Positions 37,169-47,505 of a DNA stretch of 64,000 nt are shown here, in pieces. The DNA comes from Candidatus Poribacteria bacterium (GTDB lineage: Bacteria > Poribacteria > WGA-4E > WGA-3G), in NCBI GenBank assembly GCA_963667365.1, contig OY763324.1, positions 1,210,071-1,274,070 on the forward strand. Reading direction: 5' to 3'. The position numbers and the translations under genes were made by a program. Position 1 is the first letter of the stretch. The number at the start of each line of letters is the position of its first letter. The notes under the pieces are model-generated. The model searched no databases and had not been told where the DNA came from. It saw only the letters and a list, made by a program, of their open reading frames with translations.

Positions 37169-38584
37169 ATGGAACCCCGTTTTGTGCAAGAGATGCATCA
37201 CTTCATTTCACAGCACACGATGATTGAGGACGGTGAGACGGTGCTCGTTGCAGTCTCAGGTGGCACTGATTCCCTCGCATTGCTCTACGGGTTGCATGCC
37301 CTACATACACATCTAAACTGCCACCTACACGTCGTTCACCTTGATCATGGTCTCAGACAAGATTCTTCCACCGATGCTGATTTCGTCCGTGAACACGCTG
37401 TTCGTTTAGGATTGCCTTTCACTGGACACTCCGTTGAATTACCACAATTCATTAAAAAGTGGAAACTTTCCGTAGAAGCTGCAGCTCGAAAAGCGCGTTA
37501 CGACTTCTATGAATCTGTCTGCACGCAGGTAGGGGCAACCAAAGTTGCACTTGGACACCAACAGGACGATATCGCTGAAACGGTTTTGATGAACTTAATT
37601 CGTGGCGCAGGAACAACTGGTTTAAAAGGGATTGAACCCATCAGAGACGGCAAATTCATCCGACCACTTGCACAGTTTACTCGAAAAGAAATTGAAACAT
37701 ACCTCGAATCAATGGATCTTGTTCCAAGACAGGATCCAACAAATACAGACAAACGTTATCTCCGCAACCGAATCCGACACGAGTTGATACCACTGTTGGA
37801 ACAAAATTATAATCCGAATATTAAGGCAGGATTAAGTCGAACTGCTGAAATATTAGGTGCTGAATCGGAGTATCTTGACGGGATCGCGCAAGCAGTATAT
37901 GATGTGTGCCGACTTTCCATCTCTCGACCTACATGCATTGTGTTGGATAGAGACGCACTTTTACAACATCATATTATATTACAAAGACGAGTTCTAAGAC
38001 ATAGCATCACTGATATGTTGGGACATGTGAAAAACTTTTCTTATGAACATTACAAAGCGATGCTTGACGTTATTAATTCAGATAAGCCAAATGCGATGTT
38101 AACATTACCAAACGGGTTACAGTTTAAACGTGCTTATCAACAACTTATCATTAATAACAATCATATTGAAACTGAGGATATTGACTACCCGTTAAACATA
38201 ATTGGCATTACAGATATTCCTGCATTAAATGCAGTTATCACAGCAGATTTATATGATATTACGCCAGACAATGTTCCTTCTATACCTGATGGAACTTATG
38301 AGGCAGTGTTCGATTATAGCCATATTAAATTACCATTAAAGATTCGCAATCGACGGGACGGAGACAGGTTTCAGCCTCATGGCATGGATGGAACAAAAAA
38401 GATAAAGGATTATTTGATGGATGCAAAAGTGCCACGTTATGAACGTGATCGTATCCCAATCCTCGTTTGTGGTGATGAAATATTGTGGGTGATAGGTTTT
38501 ACCACAAATGAAAAATTCAAAGTTCACCAACAAACACAAAGGTGTCTTCATTTACATTATGCAAGAAATAAAATCGTGTCCTAA
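37169..38584 (+). CDS. tilS: tRNA(Ile)-lysidine synthetase
   Basis: PP-loop VAVSGGTDS, a 471-aa length, and the conserved tilS-hpt synteny. Confidence 0.85.
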   Translation: MEPRFVQEMHHFISQHTMIEDGETVLVAVSGGTDSLALLYGLHALHTHLNCHLHVVHLDHGLRQDSSTDADFVREHAVRLGLPFTGHSVELPQFIKKWKLSVEAAARKARYDFYESVCTQVGATKVALGHQQDDIAETVLMNLIRGAGTTGLKGIEPIRDGKFIRPLAQFTRKEIETYLESMDLVPRQDPTNTDKRYLRNRIRHELIPLLEQNYNPNIKAGLSRTAEILGAESEYLDGIAQAVYDVCRLSISRPTCIVLDRDALLQHHIILQRRVLRHSITDMLGHVKNFSYEHYKAMLDVINSDKPNAMLTLPNGLQFKRAYQQLIINNNHIETEDIDYPLNIIGITDIPALNAVITADLYDITPDNVPSIPDGTYEAVFDYSHIKLPLKIRNRRDGDRFQPHGMDGTKKIKDYLMDAKVPRYERDRIPILVCGDEILWVIGFTTNEKFKVHQQTQRCLHLHYARNKIVS

Positions 38585-39116
38585 TAATGTTCTGCTATCT
38601 GAATCACAGATTCGGAACAGGATTCGGGAACTTGGTGAGCAAATATCCAAAGATTATGAGAATCAAGAACTTGTTTTAGTTTGCGTGCTTAGAGGGGCTG
38701 CGCTGTTTTTCGCGGATCTCGCACGTGAAATTTCGCTACCACTCAGGTTTGAATTCTTGCAAACATCAAGTTACGACGATAGCACTGAACCATCAAAAAA
38801 TATAAAATTTATACGAGCCGGAAGTGGATATGTAAAAGATAGAAATGTCCTTATTGTAGAGGATATTATAGATTCAGGAAGGACTTTACAGTTTCTGGTG
38901 AAACACCTACAAACTTTAAATCCTAAAACTATTAAAATCTGCACACTTCTTGATAAACCCGCTCGCCGTCAAGTTCCAGTACCTATTGATTATTCCGGGT
39001 TTATAATACCAAACGTTTTTGTAGTCGGATACGGACTTGATCATGGACAGATGTATAGAAATTTACCATACATTGCTATATTAGATACTACATCAGAAAA
39101 AGGAATACATACGTAA
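38559..39116 (+). CDS. hpt: hypoxanthine phosphoribosyltransferase
   Basis: PRPP-binding VLIVEDIIDSGRT; the start (MQEIKSC) overlaps the end of tilS. Confidence 0.85.
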   Translation: MQEIKSCPNNVLLSESQIRNRIRELGEQISKDYENQELVLVCVLRGAALFFADLAREISLPLRFEFLQTSSYDDSTEPSKNIKFIRAGSGYVKDRNVLIVEDIIDSGRTLQFLVKHLQTLNPKTIKICTLLDKPARRQVPVPIDYSGFIIPNVFVVGYGLDHGQMYRNLPYIAILDTTSEKGIHT

Positions 39117-39184
39117 ATTTAAATAAATTCAGTAAACATTTTATGTCAACATACGTTTTGTATATGAATATTTGTAGTTTTTTC

Positions 39185-39214
39185 TTGACAATTAATATTT
39201 TAATTTGATAAACT
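39185..39214 (+). promoter_or_regulatory. candidate sigma70 promoter (TTGACA, 18-nt spacer, TAAACT)
   Basis: Sequence match upstream of the cytochrome gene. Confidence 0.3.
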
Positions 39215-39250
39215 TCATAGAGAATGATTTTGATAGTGAAGGAGATTTTG

Positions 39251-40033
39251 ATGCGTAAGTTTGTTTCGTTTTCAATTGGCGTTTTACTGATTGCAGGAAT
39301 AGTGTATTTTACTCAAGCGCAACAGATGTCAGACAAAGCGCAGCTTGGACGCGAATTATTCCACGATCCAACATTTAAAGGAACCTTAAGTCCAACCGGT
39401 AAAAAAGCAGCAACAGGATTAACCTGTGCAAACTGCCACGCAGATTTTGATGAAGCTGCAAAACCTGACGGTGTAATCCGAGCAGGACATAGTATTATCG
39501 GTGTCCCGCAGCGCGGTTCTGCTAAAGGCGGGATGATTTCAGGCGCGAATTTCGCACGTGCTGCTGGTGGTGGTGGTTTCTGTTATGAGCACTTTTTACA
39601 AAGAGTTGCTCCCCCTGATGTTAACCCCACAGCTATACCCGCTGAACATGCGGAAGCACTCATGGCTTATTTTGAAGCCGTTTCGGGTGACAATAAAGGA
39701 CCCCAATTTAAAATTGAGATGTTAGATGCTGAGGCAAAAGCAGCAGCTGGTGAAAAAATTGCTGCAATGGACGGTGATGTGAAGAACGGATGGCAGCTTT
39801 TTGGACGCGCATGCGTCACATGCCACCCAACCGCAACAAAAGCCGGTATCGGTAGCCAACTTGTCAGAAGTAGAGCACCCCGTAACATTGATACAACCAT
39901 GGTTCGATGGGCAACTAAAATACGTGGTGGTGGCACACTGATGCCGTTCTATGCTTCCGATATCCTCAGTGACCAAGATATCGCTGACATTCTTGCCTTT
40001 CTGCGAGATCTAATGGAAAGCACAGCAAGATAA
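39251..40033 (+). CDS. secreted di-heme c-type cytochrome
   Basis: Heme motifs CANCH and CVTCH, a signal peptide, and a GAAGGAG SD. Confidence 0.75.
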   Translation: MRKFVSFSIGVLLIAGIVYFTQAQQMSDKAQLGRELFHDPTFKGTLSPTGKKAATGLTCANCHADFDEAAKPDGVIRAGHSIIGVPQRGSAKGGMISGANFARAAGGGGFCYEHFLQRVAPPDVNPTAIPAEHAEALMAYFEAVSGDNKGPQFKIEMLDAEAKAAAGEKIAAMDGDVKNGWQLFGRACVTCHPTATKAGIGSQLVRSRAPRNIDTTMVRWATKIRGGGTLMPFYASDILSDQDIADILAFLRDLMESTAR

Positions 40034-40278
40034 TCTATAAATTTGGTAGGGATAATATTTCCCTGCCAAATTTTTTAGTGTTCTTACCTAATTTTTGTAA
40101 CCGCCTTTCTGATCTATCCGTAATTAAAATTGTGTTCTTATATTTAGTCAAGTCTTCTTATTAATATAGCAATGCTGCATGGATGATTCAAATAGGCAGT
40201 ATGTTGTCTGTGGAAAATGCTATATGAGAGACTGTGCGTCCGCGTTCTATGCCTGAAATTTACAGCAAAGGTGGAGTC

Positions 40279-40785
40279 ATGAGAATATCTCTATATATCG
40301 GATTAGTTTTTTCTGTTTTACTTTTTGGATCAGTTTTTAATATCTCGGGTTGTGGTGGTAGCAACCTGAATAACCCAATGTCTGACACTGATATGACCGA
40401 AGAAACTGACGATACGATCGTTGAAGATGATGGAGACGAAGAACAAGCAGAAGAACTTGATGTATCTGTCACCGTTACGAAAAAAACTGTCAGACCGGGT
40501 GAACAGGTGGAGTTAACCGCATCGGTACAAGGGGTTAGGGGAACGAGCGTTGTTTTAAATTGGTTGAACATTACAGAATATGGAACACTTTCTTCTGCTA
40601 ACGACAACCCAGTTACATGGACAGCTCCAGATACTTTAGGTGAAGTTAATACTCAAGTTGAAGTTCTACAGCTTGTTGTAACGGTTATCAGTGAAGTCGT
40701 TTCAGTCGGCGCTTCTGGTATAACAACCGATACCCAGATTTTTTCTGACACGAAAGAGATATTGCTAAAAGTTGTTCGTGAATAG
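40279..40785 (+). CDS. lipoprotein with an Ig-like domain
   Basis: Lipobox ISGC and an acidic linker. Confidence 0.5.
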   Translation: MRISLYIGLVFSVLLFGSVFNISGCGGSNLNNPMSDTDMTEETDDTIVEDDGDEEQAEELDVSVTVTKKTVRPGEQVELTASVQGVRGTSVVLNWLNITEYGTLSSANDNPVTWTAPDTLGEVNTQVEVLQLVVTVISEVVSVGASGITTDTQIFSDTKEILLKVVRE

Positions 40786-41079
40786 CATTGTTTAAAAATC
40801 ATTAAATCATTATTCACAATTTCAATATGTAAAAATTGACACAAATAAACAACTAAAATACTTTTTTTAATAAAAACAAACTATTTATTGTTAGATTTGT
40901 CCTAATATTAAATCACAAGATTAATCATTTAAAAGTACTCTATAAAATTATGTTGACATATTTTATATTTTGCTATAAATTAGTTAAATCTTATTACTAA
41001 CCCGTAGGCAAGGGTCTATTGACACTATTATTCATGCTATATGATAGGTTCTCGCAAGCGTAACCAAATTAGGAATGAA

Positions 41080-41889
41080 ATGAAGAAAAACAAAATACAA
41101 TTAGTCACAGCCATTTTAATAATGGTTTTTTCGGCATCGTTGACAAATTCATGTATTGGAATGCTACATAAGGTCAAAAAAGGGGAGACATTGTCGGGAA
41201 TAGCAAAAATGTATGATGTACCCATGAAATCCATCGCTCAAACCAATAGCATTGCTTCTTTGGACCGCTTACAAATTGGAGAAAAGTTAGTAATCCCAAT
41301 AGGAAATAAGCCGATAAACACTCCAGCGAATGCAGGAGGAACCTGGTACACTGTAAAAAATGGAGATACATTATACAGTATCGCACGGAAGCATAATATT
41401 GAGGATTGGAGTAGACTTCAGCAGATAAATGGTATTTCCAAACCAAAACTGATTAGAGCAGGTCAGAAAATTTTTATTCCAGGAGATTGGGGAGTCGGCT
41501 TCAATAAACCATTGCGAATCCCTTTAGTTGTCACATCACAATACGGTTACCGACGACACCCGATAAGACGCAAAGTCCTTATGCACGAAGGTATAGATTT
41601 TCGAGCAGCTACTGGCACTCGGGTTTATGCTTCAAAAACAGGAACGGTTACATACGCTGCAAGAAAAATGGGTTACGGAAAGATCGTTATCATACAACAT
41701 GAAGACGATTTCAGCACATCTTATGGGCACTTGTCCAGAATTAATGTTACCGTCGGCACTATCGTCAGACAAGGTCAGGTTATCGGTTTATCCGGAAACA
41801 CCGGAATTTCAACAGGACCCCACCTCCATTTTGAAATCAGGTACAAAGGGAAAAGTGAAAACCCAGCTCGCCACCTTGCCCTACCGTGA
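41080..41889 (+). CDS. LysM-domain M23 metallopeptidase
   Basis: Two LysM motifs (YKVKKGETLSGIAKMY and YTVKNGDTLYSIARKH) and the M23 motifs HEGIDF...HLHFE. Confidence 0.8.
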   Translation: MKKNKIQLVTAILIMVFSASLTNSCIGMLHKVKKGETLSGIAKMYDVPMKSIAQTNSIASLDRLQIGEKLVIPIGNKPINTPANAGGTWYTVKNGDTLYSIARKHNIEDWSRLQQINGISKPKLIRAGQKIFIPGDWGVGFNKPLRIPLVVTSQYGYRRHPIRRKVLMHEGIDFRAATGTRVYASKTGTVTYAARKMGYGKIVIIQHEDDFSTSYGHLSRINVTVGTIVRQGQVIGLSGNTGISTGPHLHFEIRYKGKSENPARHLALP

Positions 41890-43411
41890 ACGCAGATGGT
41901 ATCTTATTGCCATCTTACTCCTCGTAATCACAGGTTTTTTCTCTGAAAAATCTGTATTTTCAGATTCGCACAACAGTCAGAACAAACATGACATGAGACC
42001 AGCAGTTGGTACGCGTGGACTCGGATTAAGTCACGCGTTTATTAGTAACGCTGACGATGCAACAAGTCCACTTTGGAACCCAGCAGGACTTGCAGCTCTT
42101 GACCATAAAAACTTAATCTACGATTTTTCACAGGGAGCGTTATCTGTTGCTTATCCTATAGAACTGATTGGAACTTTTGGTATTAACCTCCTTGATCTCA
42201 ACCCTTCTGACCGCTTCTTTGTCCACCACACATCCAATCCTATAGGCACGTTTGAATACGGATACAATCAAGCTCTACTTTCTTATGCAAGGAAATTCGG
42301 ATCGCTGCAGCTTGGTGCAAGTACAGGATATAGTCGGGCACCCTATAAAAACAGCCTTTGGGCTCCAAATTATGACATTGGCGCACTAATGACTTTTTCC
42401 CCAAACGTTGTCATAGGAATGCAGTTTCGCGATATTAGTGGTGTATCCATACTGGATCAAAATGGAATCGTTTTGCAAACATTTGATCCACAATTTGCTA
42501 TAGGAACAACACTGTCACCCCACCCACTTATACGATGGCATTCATGCTATAATGTTACCGCAACAAGTTTTGGCACAAGTGTTGAATTTGTGACGGGTCC
42601 TCTTTCTGCTAATGTCGGTTCGCATTTCTCGTTTGATTCTGGAACATCTGCTCAATCGTGGAGTTTAGGACTCGCATTCAATAAGTGGGGTAAGCAAACA
42701 TATTATACTTTTTTGAATGAAGATAACCTGAATTATAAGCACCTACTTGCATTTGGTTTGACTTTTGGTACGGCAAAACAAACATCTGACAATCCAAATA
42801 AGGATAATAGTAAACCCACAATTTCAAGTGATAGGCTGCAGACACCAGATAAACCTAAAGATACAGACTTTATCAGCACACCCAAAGCAGCTGATAGACC
42901 TACACCCACAAAAATTGATCCGGTACCAAAATCTACAGAAAAGAAGAGTATACAAATTGCAAAAAGACACAACATCTCTGTAGAACTCATGCTTGCTATC
43001 ATTTATGTTGAATCAAAGTTTAATCCTGTGGCTGTATCAAAATCAGGGGCAGGAGGTTTAATGCAGATGGTACCAGCAACTGCAAGAGAACTCGGATTAA
43101 AGGTGCCGATGTACAAAAATAAACTGAAACCAAGCCTTGATGGAAATGTAGATGAACGATTTGACGCAGAAAAAAATCTAAATGCAGGATTGATCTATTA
43201 CAACCGACTTCTCAAGAAATATCTAAATAATATAACATTAGCACTTGGTGCATATAATGTTGGTCCTGGCAAAGTTAGGGTGAGAGGTCCCCTTATCAGC
43301 AGAGGTAAGGCATACGCTAATACGGTAATTACACGTCGGAATCTATATCGTAAGGATTCGAAACTGTTGGAAACTGATTTGAACCGATTAGAGATAATAC
43401 TTAATAAGTAG
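41879..43411 (+). CDS. membrane-anchored or outer-membrane protein with a C-terminal family-1 lytic transglycosylase (SLT) domain
   Basis: SLT motifs ES...GLMQ...AYN(VGPG). The start is uncertain: a TTG at 41879 overlapping the M23 stop would give a signal anchor RERRWYLIAILLLVITGFF, while the next in-frame ATG lies ~120 nt further downstream. Confidence 0.6.
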   Translation, partial: PYRERRWYLIAILLLVITGFFSEKSVFSDSHNSQNKHDMRPAVGTRGLGLSHAFISNADDATSPLWNPAGLAALDHKNLIYDFSQGALSVAYPIELIGTFGINLLDLNPSDRFFVHHTSNPIGTFEYGYNQALLSYARKFGSLQLGASTGYSRAPYKNSLWAPNYDIGALMTFSPNVVIGMQFRDISGVSILDQNGIVLQTFDPQFAIGTTLSPHPLIRWHSCYNVTATSFGTSVEFVTGPLSANVGSHFSFDSGTSAQSWSLGLAFNKWGKQTYYTFLNEDNLNYKHLLAFGLTFGTAKQTSDNPNKDNSKPTISSDRLQTPDKPKDTDFISTPKAADRPTPTKIDPVPKSTEKKSIQIAKRHNISVELMLAIIYVESKFNPVAVSKSGAGGLMQMVPATARELGLKVPMYKNKLKPSLDGNVDERFDAEKNLNAGLIYYNRLLKKYLNNITLALGAYNVGPGKVRVRGPLISRGKAYANTVITRRNLYRKDSKLLETDLNRLEIILNK

Positions 43412-43420
43412 GAATAAGAC

Positions 43421-44683
43421 ATGGATAAAATACGATTGGCGATTGTTGGTTGTGGCGGTATGGGACACCGGCACATGTACGGATTGGCAGAACTGCATCG
43501 AGCAGGATGGGAGCGGTTTGAACTTGTCGGTGCATGCGACCCTGTCCTTGATAACGCTGAATCTCTTGCAGAAAAAGCGGAGGAACGTTTCGGTAAAAAA
43601 CCTACCGTTGTCGGAAACCTTGAGGAGTTGGCAGAAGTTGGTATTGATGCAGTAGACGTAACAACTACACCACCTTATCACCACACTGTTGCCGTTGAGA
43701 CACTTCAACGCGGATGGCACACAATGGTTGAAAAACCGATGGGATTAACCGTCCGAGCGTGTAACCTAATCCGATCTGCTGCGGAAAAAACTGATGCCGT
43801 GCTCAGCGTGGCAGAAAACTATCGGAGAGATCCTGTCAATCGACTCGCGAAAGCATTGCTTGATGCGGAGGTTATCGGCAAACCGCGCTTTCTCATTCAC
43901 CATGCTATTGGTGGGTCAAACCGTATGTTGATCTCTGTTTGGCGGCACCAGAAAGATCAAAGTGGTGTCTTGCTTGACGTAGGTGTCCATTATGCTGACA
44001 TGATTGAGTATCTGCTCGGTGAGGTAGATACCGTCTATGCACAAACCCGTCTCCATGAACCTATCCGACACAACCCCGCTGCAGTAACCGGTGAATCAGG
44101 TTCAAATCCCGCGGGTGTCTATACGGAATGGCAACGTAAAATGCCTGCTGAATTTGAGGCAACGGCAGAGGATGCTGCCTATGCAACGTTGACATTCAAA
44201 AACGGCGTTGTCGGGCAGTATATTGAAGACCACGGCGCGTGGGGACAAGGCAGTTGGGTACGTCAGATTCACGGTTCTCAAGGGTCGATGACGCTGCCGG
44301 GAGATAGAAGTGGCAGGATTATTTCACTACAGATTGATGGACACGGAACTATAAACGACGAGAAACTATTGGAACTTGTACCTGATTTCCGTCTTGATGC
44401 CGTTACAACAGACCTATTCGGTGGTGACCGTCTATGGCAATTCAACTTTCCTTTTCCCGACACTGATGCAAAGATTATCGCAATTGAATATGGCGATTTT
44501 GCTGAAGCAATCGCAGGCAACCATCCTATTGAAGTTGATGCTTACCAAGGCACACGTTCTGTTGCAATCTCTTACGCTATGTTGGAATCCGGGGCAACTG
44601 GGCAAATCGTTCATTTGGACAAGATGTTAGACGAATCCATCAATACCTACCAACGTGAAATTGATGATGGATTGGGAATTTGA
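43421..44683 (+). CDS. Gfo/Idh/MocA-family NAD(P)-dependent oxidoreductase
   Basis: Rossmann motif IVGCGGMG. Confidence 0.75.
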   Translation: MDKIRLAIVGCGGMGHRHMYGLAELHRAGWERFELVGACDPVLDNAESLAEKAEERFGKKPTVVGNLEELAEVGIDAVDVTTTPPYHHTVAVETLQRGWHTMVEKPMGLTVRACNLIRSAAEKTDAVLSVAENYRRDPVNRLAKALLDAEVIGKPRFLIHHAIGGSNRMLISVWRHQKDQSGVLLDVGVHYADMIEYLLGEVDTVYAQTRLHEPIRHNPAAVTGESGSNPAGVYTEWQRKMPAEFEATAEDAAYATLTFKNGVVGQYIEDHGAWGQGSWVRQIHGSQGSMTLPGDRSGRIISLQIDGHGTINDEKLLELVPDFRLDAVTTDLFGGDRLWQFNFPFPDTDAKIIAIEYGDFAEAIAGNHPIEVDAYQGTRSVAISYAMLESGATGQIVHLDKMLDESINTYQREIDDGLGI

Positions 44684-44729
44684 ATAATAGGTGTCAATTT
44701 AGCGAACCAAATAGGGAATAACAAAACCC

Positions 44730-45794
44730 ATGGCAAATTTGCAAGACCTCGGTATCGGGTTGATAGGTTTAGGAATAGGGCAACAGCATCTACTCGGCTA
44801 TCAACGCAAGGATCTACGGGTTGCAGCGATTTGTGATAAAGACGAAGCAAGACTGCACGAGGTTGGCGATAAGTTTGGCATCAACAAACGTTACACCCGC
44901 ATCGTTGACCTGATAGATGATGCCGATGTCAACATAGTGGACATGGCAGTTCATCCGTGGATACGTTCCCCCATTGTGAATGCCGCCGCACTGGCAGGAA
45001 AACACATCTTTTGCCAAAAACCCTTTTCCATGACCATGTCCCAAGCAATTGAGATGGTAGAAATCTGTGAAAAGCGCAATGTGCAGCTCATGGTAAACCA
45101 AAACTCGTGCTTTGTTCCTGGATTCCTTGCCATTGAACCCTATATCAATACCGATCACCTCGGTGAAATCTATCACGTTTCCATTACCTGCAACGGATTT
45201 TATACGGGCTATCCGGGAAAACATCTCATCCCAGTAATGCAGGTGCATCACATTAGTCTTATCCATAAATGGTTCGGTGAATTTGAGACCATTTATTGCC
45301 AAGCACATGGACATGACCGCTCCGTTGAAGCGGGTGAAACTATGTCTGTTGCAATGTTCAAGTGTCGGGACGGTGTAAAAGGGTTGCTATCGTGCAATTG
45401 GTCATTCCTCGCAAATTCTGGACATAACCTTCAACATCCGCACGAAGAAATCCGTATTCAAGGCACTAAGGGCGCAATTTACGGAAACAGCGCGGACATG
45501 ACGGTTCACCTTACAGAACCAGACACACGAGATATAAAACCTGAGATAGATGGGGTTTGGTTTCCTGATGCCTTCGGAAACGCAATGGTTCACTTTATTG
45601 AATGCTTGCAAACAGGTAAAAAACCTATAACTGATGGACTTAGTAATCTACATATCATCCAAACTATTTTCGCTATGCACCAATCCGCGCTATCAGAGAG
45701 ATCCGTTAGGGTTGATGATATTTCCTTAGATGGCAACTATGACATAAGTCCCTATCCGGTGCATCCTGCCGAAGACGTTACCGTCTTACACTAA
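44730..45794 (+). CDS. Gfo/Idh/MocA-family oxidoreductase
   Basis: LIGLGIGQQHL. Confidence 0.7.
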   Translation: MANLQDLGIGLIGLGIGQQHLLGYQRKDLRVAAICDKDEARLHEVGDKFGINKRYTRIVDLIDDADVNIVDMAVHPWIRSPIVNAAALAGKHIFCQKPFSMTMSQAIEMVEICEKRNVQLMVNQNSCFVPGFLAIEPYINTDHLGEIYHVSITCNGFYTGYPGKHLIPVMQVHHISLIHKWFGEFETIYCQAHGHDRSVEAGETMSVAMFKCRDGVKGLLSCNWSFLANSGHNLQHPHEEIRIQGTKGAIYGNSADMTVHLTEPDTRDIKPEIDGVWFPDAFGNAMVHFIECLQTGKKPITDGLSNLHIIQTIFAMHQSALSERSVRVDDISLDGNYDISPYPVHPAEDVTVLH

Positions 45795-45846
45795 CCAAAT
45801 TTATTGTTATTTTTACGGGTGATAAATACGGAGTGAAGAAAAGGGA

Positions 45847-45920
<74 letters not shown>

Positions 45921-45932
45921 ATAAGAAAAATA

Positions 45933-46019
45933 TGGTCGAGGAGGGACTTGAACCCTCACGCCTGTGTTAGGGGCGATGGATTTTAAGTCCATTGTGTCTA
46001 CCGATTCCACCACTCGACC
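45933..46019 (-). tRNA. tRNA-Leu (TAA)
   Basis: Type II long variable arm, anticodon loop CUUAAAA, and a G13:A22-type D-arm. Confidence 0.8.
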
Positions 46020-46035
46020 GATTGCATAGAATAAT

Positions 46036-46064
46036 AGTATACACAATTTCCAAGAAGTTGTCAA
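46036..46064 (-). promoter_or_regulatory. sigma70-type promoter for tRNA-Leu/tRNA-fMet
   Basis: On the minus strand: TTGACA, a 17-nt spacer, then TATACT, ending 15 nt before the tRNA-Leu 5' end. Confidence 0.55.
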
Positions 46065-46322
46065 CTTTTTTTCATACTATTTAAAATACGGAGTGTTTTC
46101 TATTAAGGAGAAGATATAGCGCGGGTTTAACGTCTCCGCGCAGGACGGTTAGGGGATTTATGAACACGGATATTTATACTCGCCTCCGTTGGGGCAAGGT
46201 GTATATGTCGCGTCATATCAGTTGATCAAGATTCAGGATTTCTGTTTACGAAATACATCCTTCTTGATACAAATGATAAATAATACCATTTCTAATTGAT
46301 TGTGTCCCATTTTATCTCACTC

Positions 46323-46344
46323 CTCTTCTGTAGGAGCGATCTTC
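46323..46344. repeat. solo MITE/REP-like arm (CTCTTCTGTAGGAGCGATCTTC)
   Basis: Family core. Confidence 0.5.
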
Positions 46345-46707
46345 ATTTACAACGGTTAATGTCATAGTGATTTATAGAAATGGTATAATCATATTAAGCC
46401 GTTATTGTATAATATTGGAATGATTAATATTTATCTAATGCAATATATGATATATTGTATTTATTTACAATAGAATAGTCAACAAAATATTGACTTTTAG
46501 GAGTTAATGTAAGTCAAAATCTATATATTTGAATTTTTTGATGCAGATATTAACCTTGTAAACACAATATTGCATTTAACAGACTAAGTCCAACTACCGA
46601 TTTCAAACTTTCTATCCACTCATATTTCTCTTGACTTTTTTCCAGAATAGAATATCATGCAGTAAAAAGGAGCGTTGGGTATTACTTGCGAACCCACATA
46701 ATAACCT

Positions 46708-47478
46708 ATGAAAAATGTCACACTTGCATCAGGACACGAGATGCCTATGTTAGGCTTGGGTACTTGGCGACTCAAAGGCAAAGAATGTGAAAAAGTTATC
46801 AAAATAGCGATTGAATTGGGATATACTCATATTGATACAGCGTGGATGTATGACAACCAAAAAGCAGTTGGAAAAGCACTTCGAGAAATTTCCGTAGATC
46901 GTGAAGAACTCTTTATTACAACCAAAATTTGGCATACCCATCTTAAACATGATGAAGTACTGTCCCAATTTGATGTGTGTATAAGTGATTTACAGATGGA
47001 CTATGTCGACTTGTTACTAATTCATTGGCCAAGTGACACCGTGCCGTTTGAAGAAACTTTCACAGCCTTTCAGGAAATATACGACGCAGGTAAAGTGAAA
47101 AGTATCGGCATCAGCAATTTCAGCATTGCTCAGGTACAACGAGCATGTGAGATATCTGATCTCCCGATATGCACGAATCAGGTTGAATATCATGTTCGGA
47201 GCAAAAAAGAAGAATTGCGTGAGTATTGTGAGACACGCAACATTCCTATCACAGCACACAGACCTCTTGCTGTGGGAAATCTTGCGGAAGACACAGAATT
47301 GACAGAAATCGGAAACAAACACGGGAAAACAGCAGCACAAGTAGCATTGCGATGGCTCATACAGAAAAGTATTGTCACAATTCCTAAATCTGGTTCGGAG
47401 CCACATCTGCGGGAGAATTTAGACATCTTTGATTGGCAGTTGACAGATACGGAAATGCAGACACTTGAAAATACATAG
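46708..47478 (+). CDS. aldo/keto reductase
   Basis: GLGTW and IDTAWMYDNQ. Confidence 0.8.
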   Translation: MKNVTLASGHEMPMLGLGTWRLKGKECEKVIKIAIELGYTHIDTAWMYDNQKAVGKALREISVDREELFITTKIWHTHLKHDEVLSQFDVCISDLQMDYVDLLLIHWPSDTVPFEETFTAFQEIYDAGKVKSIGISNFSIAQVQRACEISDLPICTNQVEYHVRSKKEELREYCETRNIPITAHRPLAVGNLAEDTELTEIGNKHGKTAAQVALRWLIQKSIVTIPKSGSEPHLRENLDIFDWQLTDTEMQTLENT

Positions 47479-47505
47479 GCATCAAGAAAGGAACAACATA
47501 AACGT

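Noticed and set aside
46560-46707. sigma54 promoter for the adjacent NtrC-type regulator's targets
   Set aside because: No TGGCAC-N5-TTGCA match was found in the intergenic regions; the only TGGCAC hits are intragenic.
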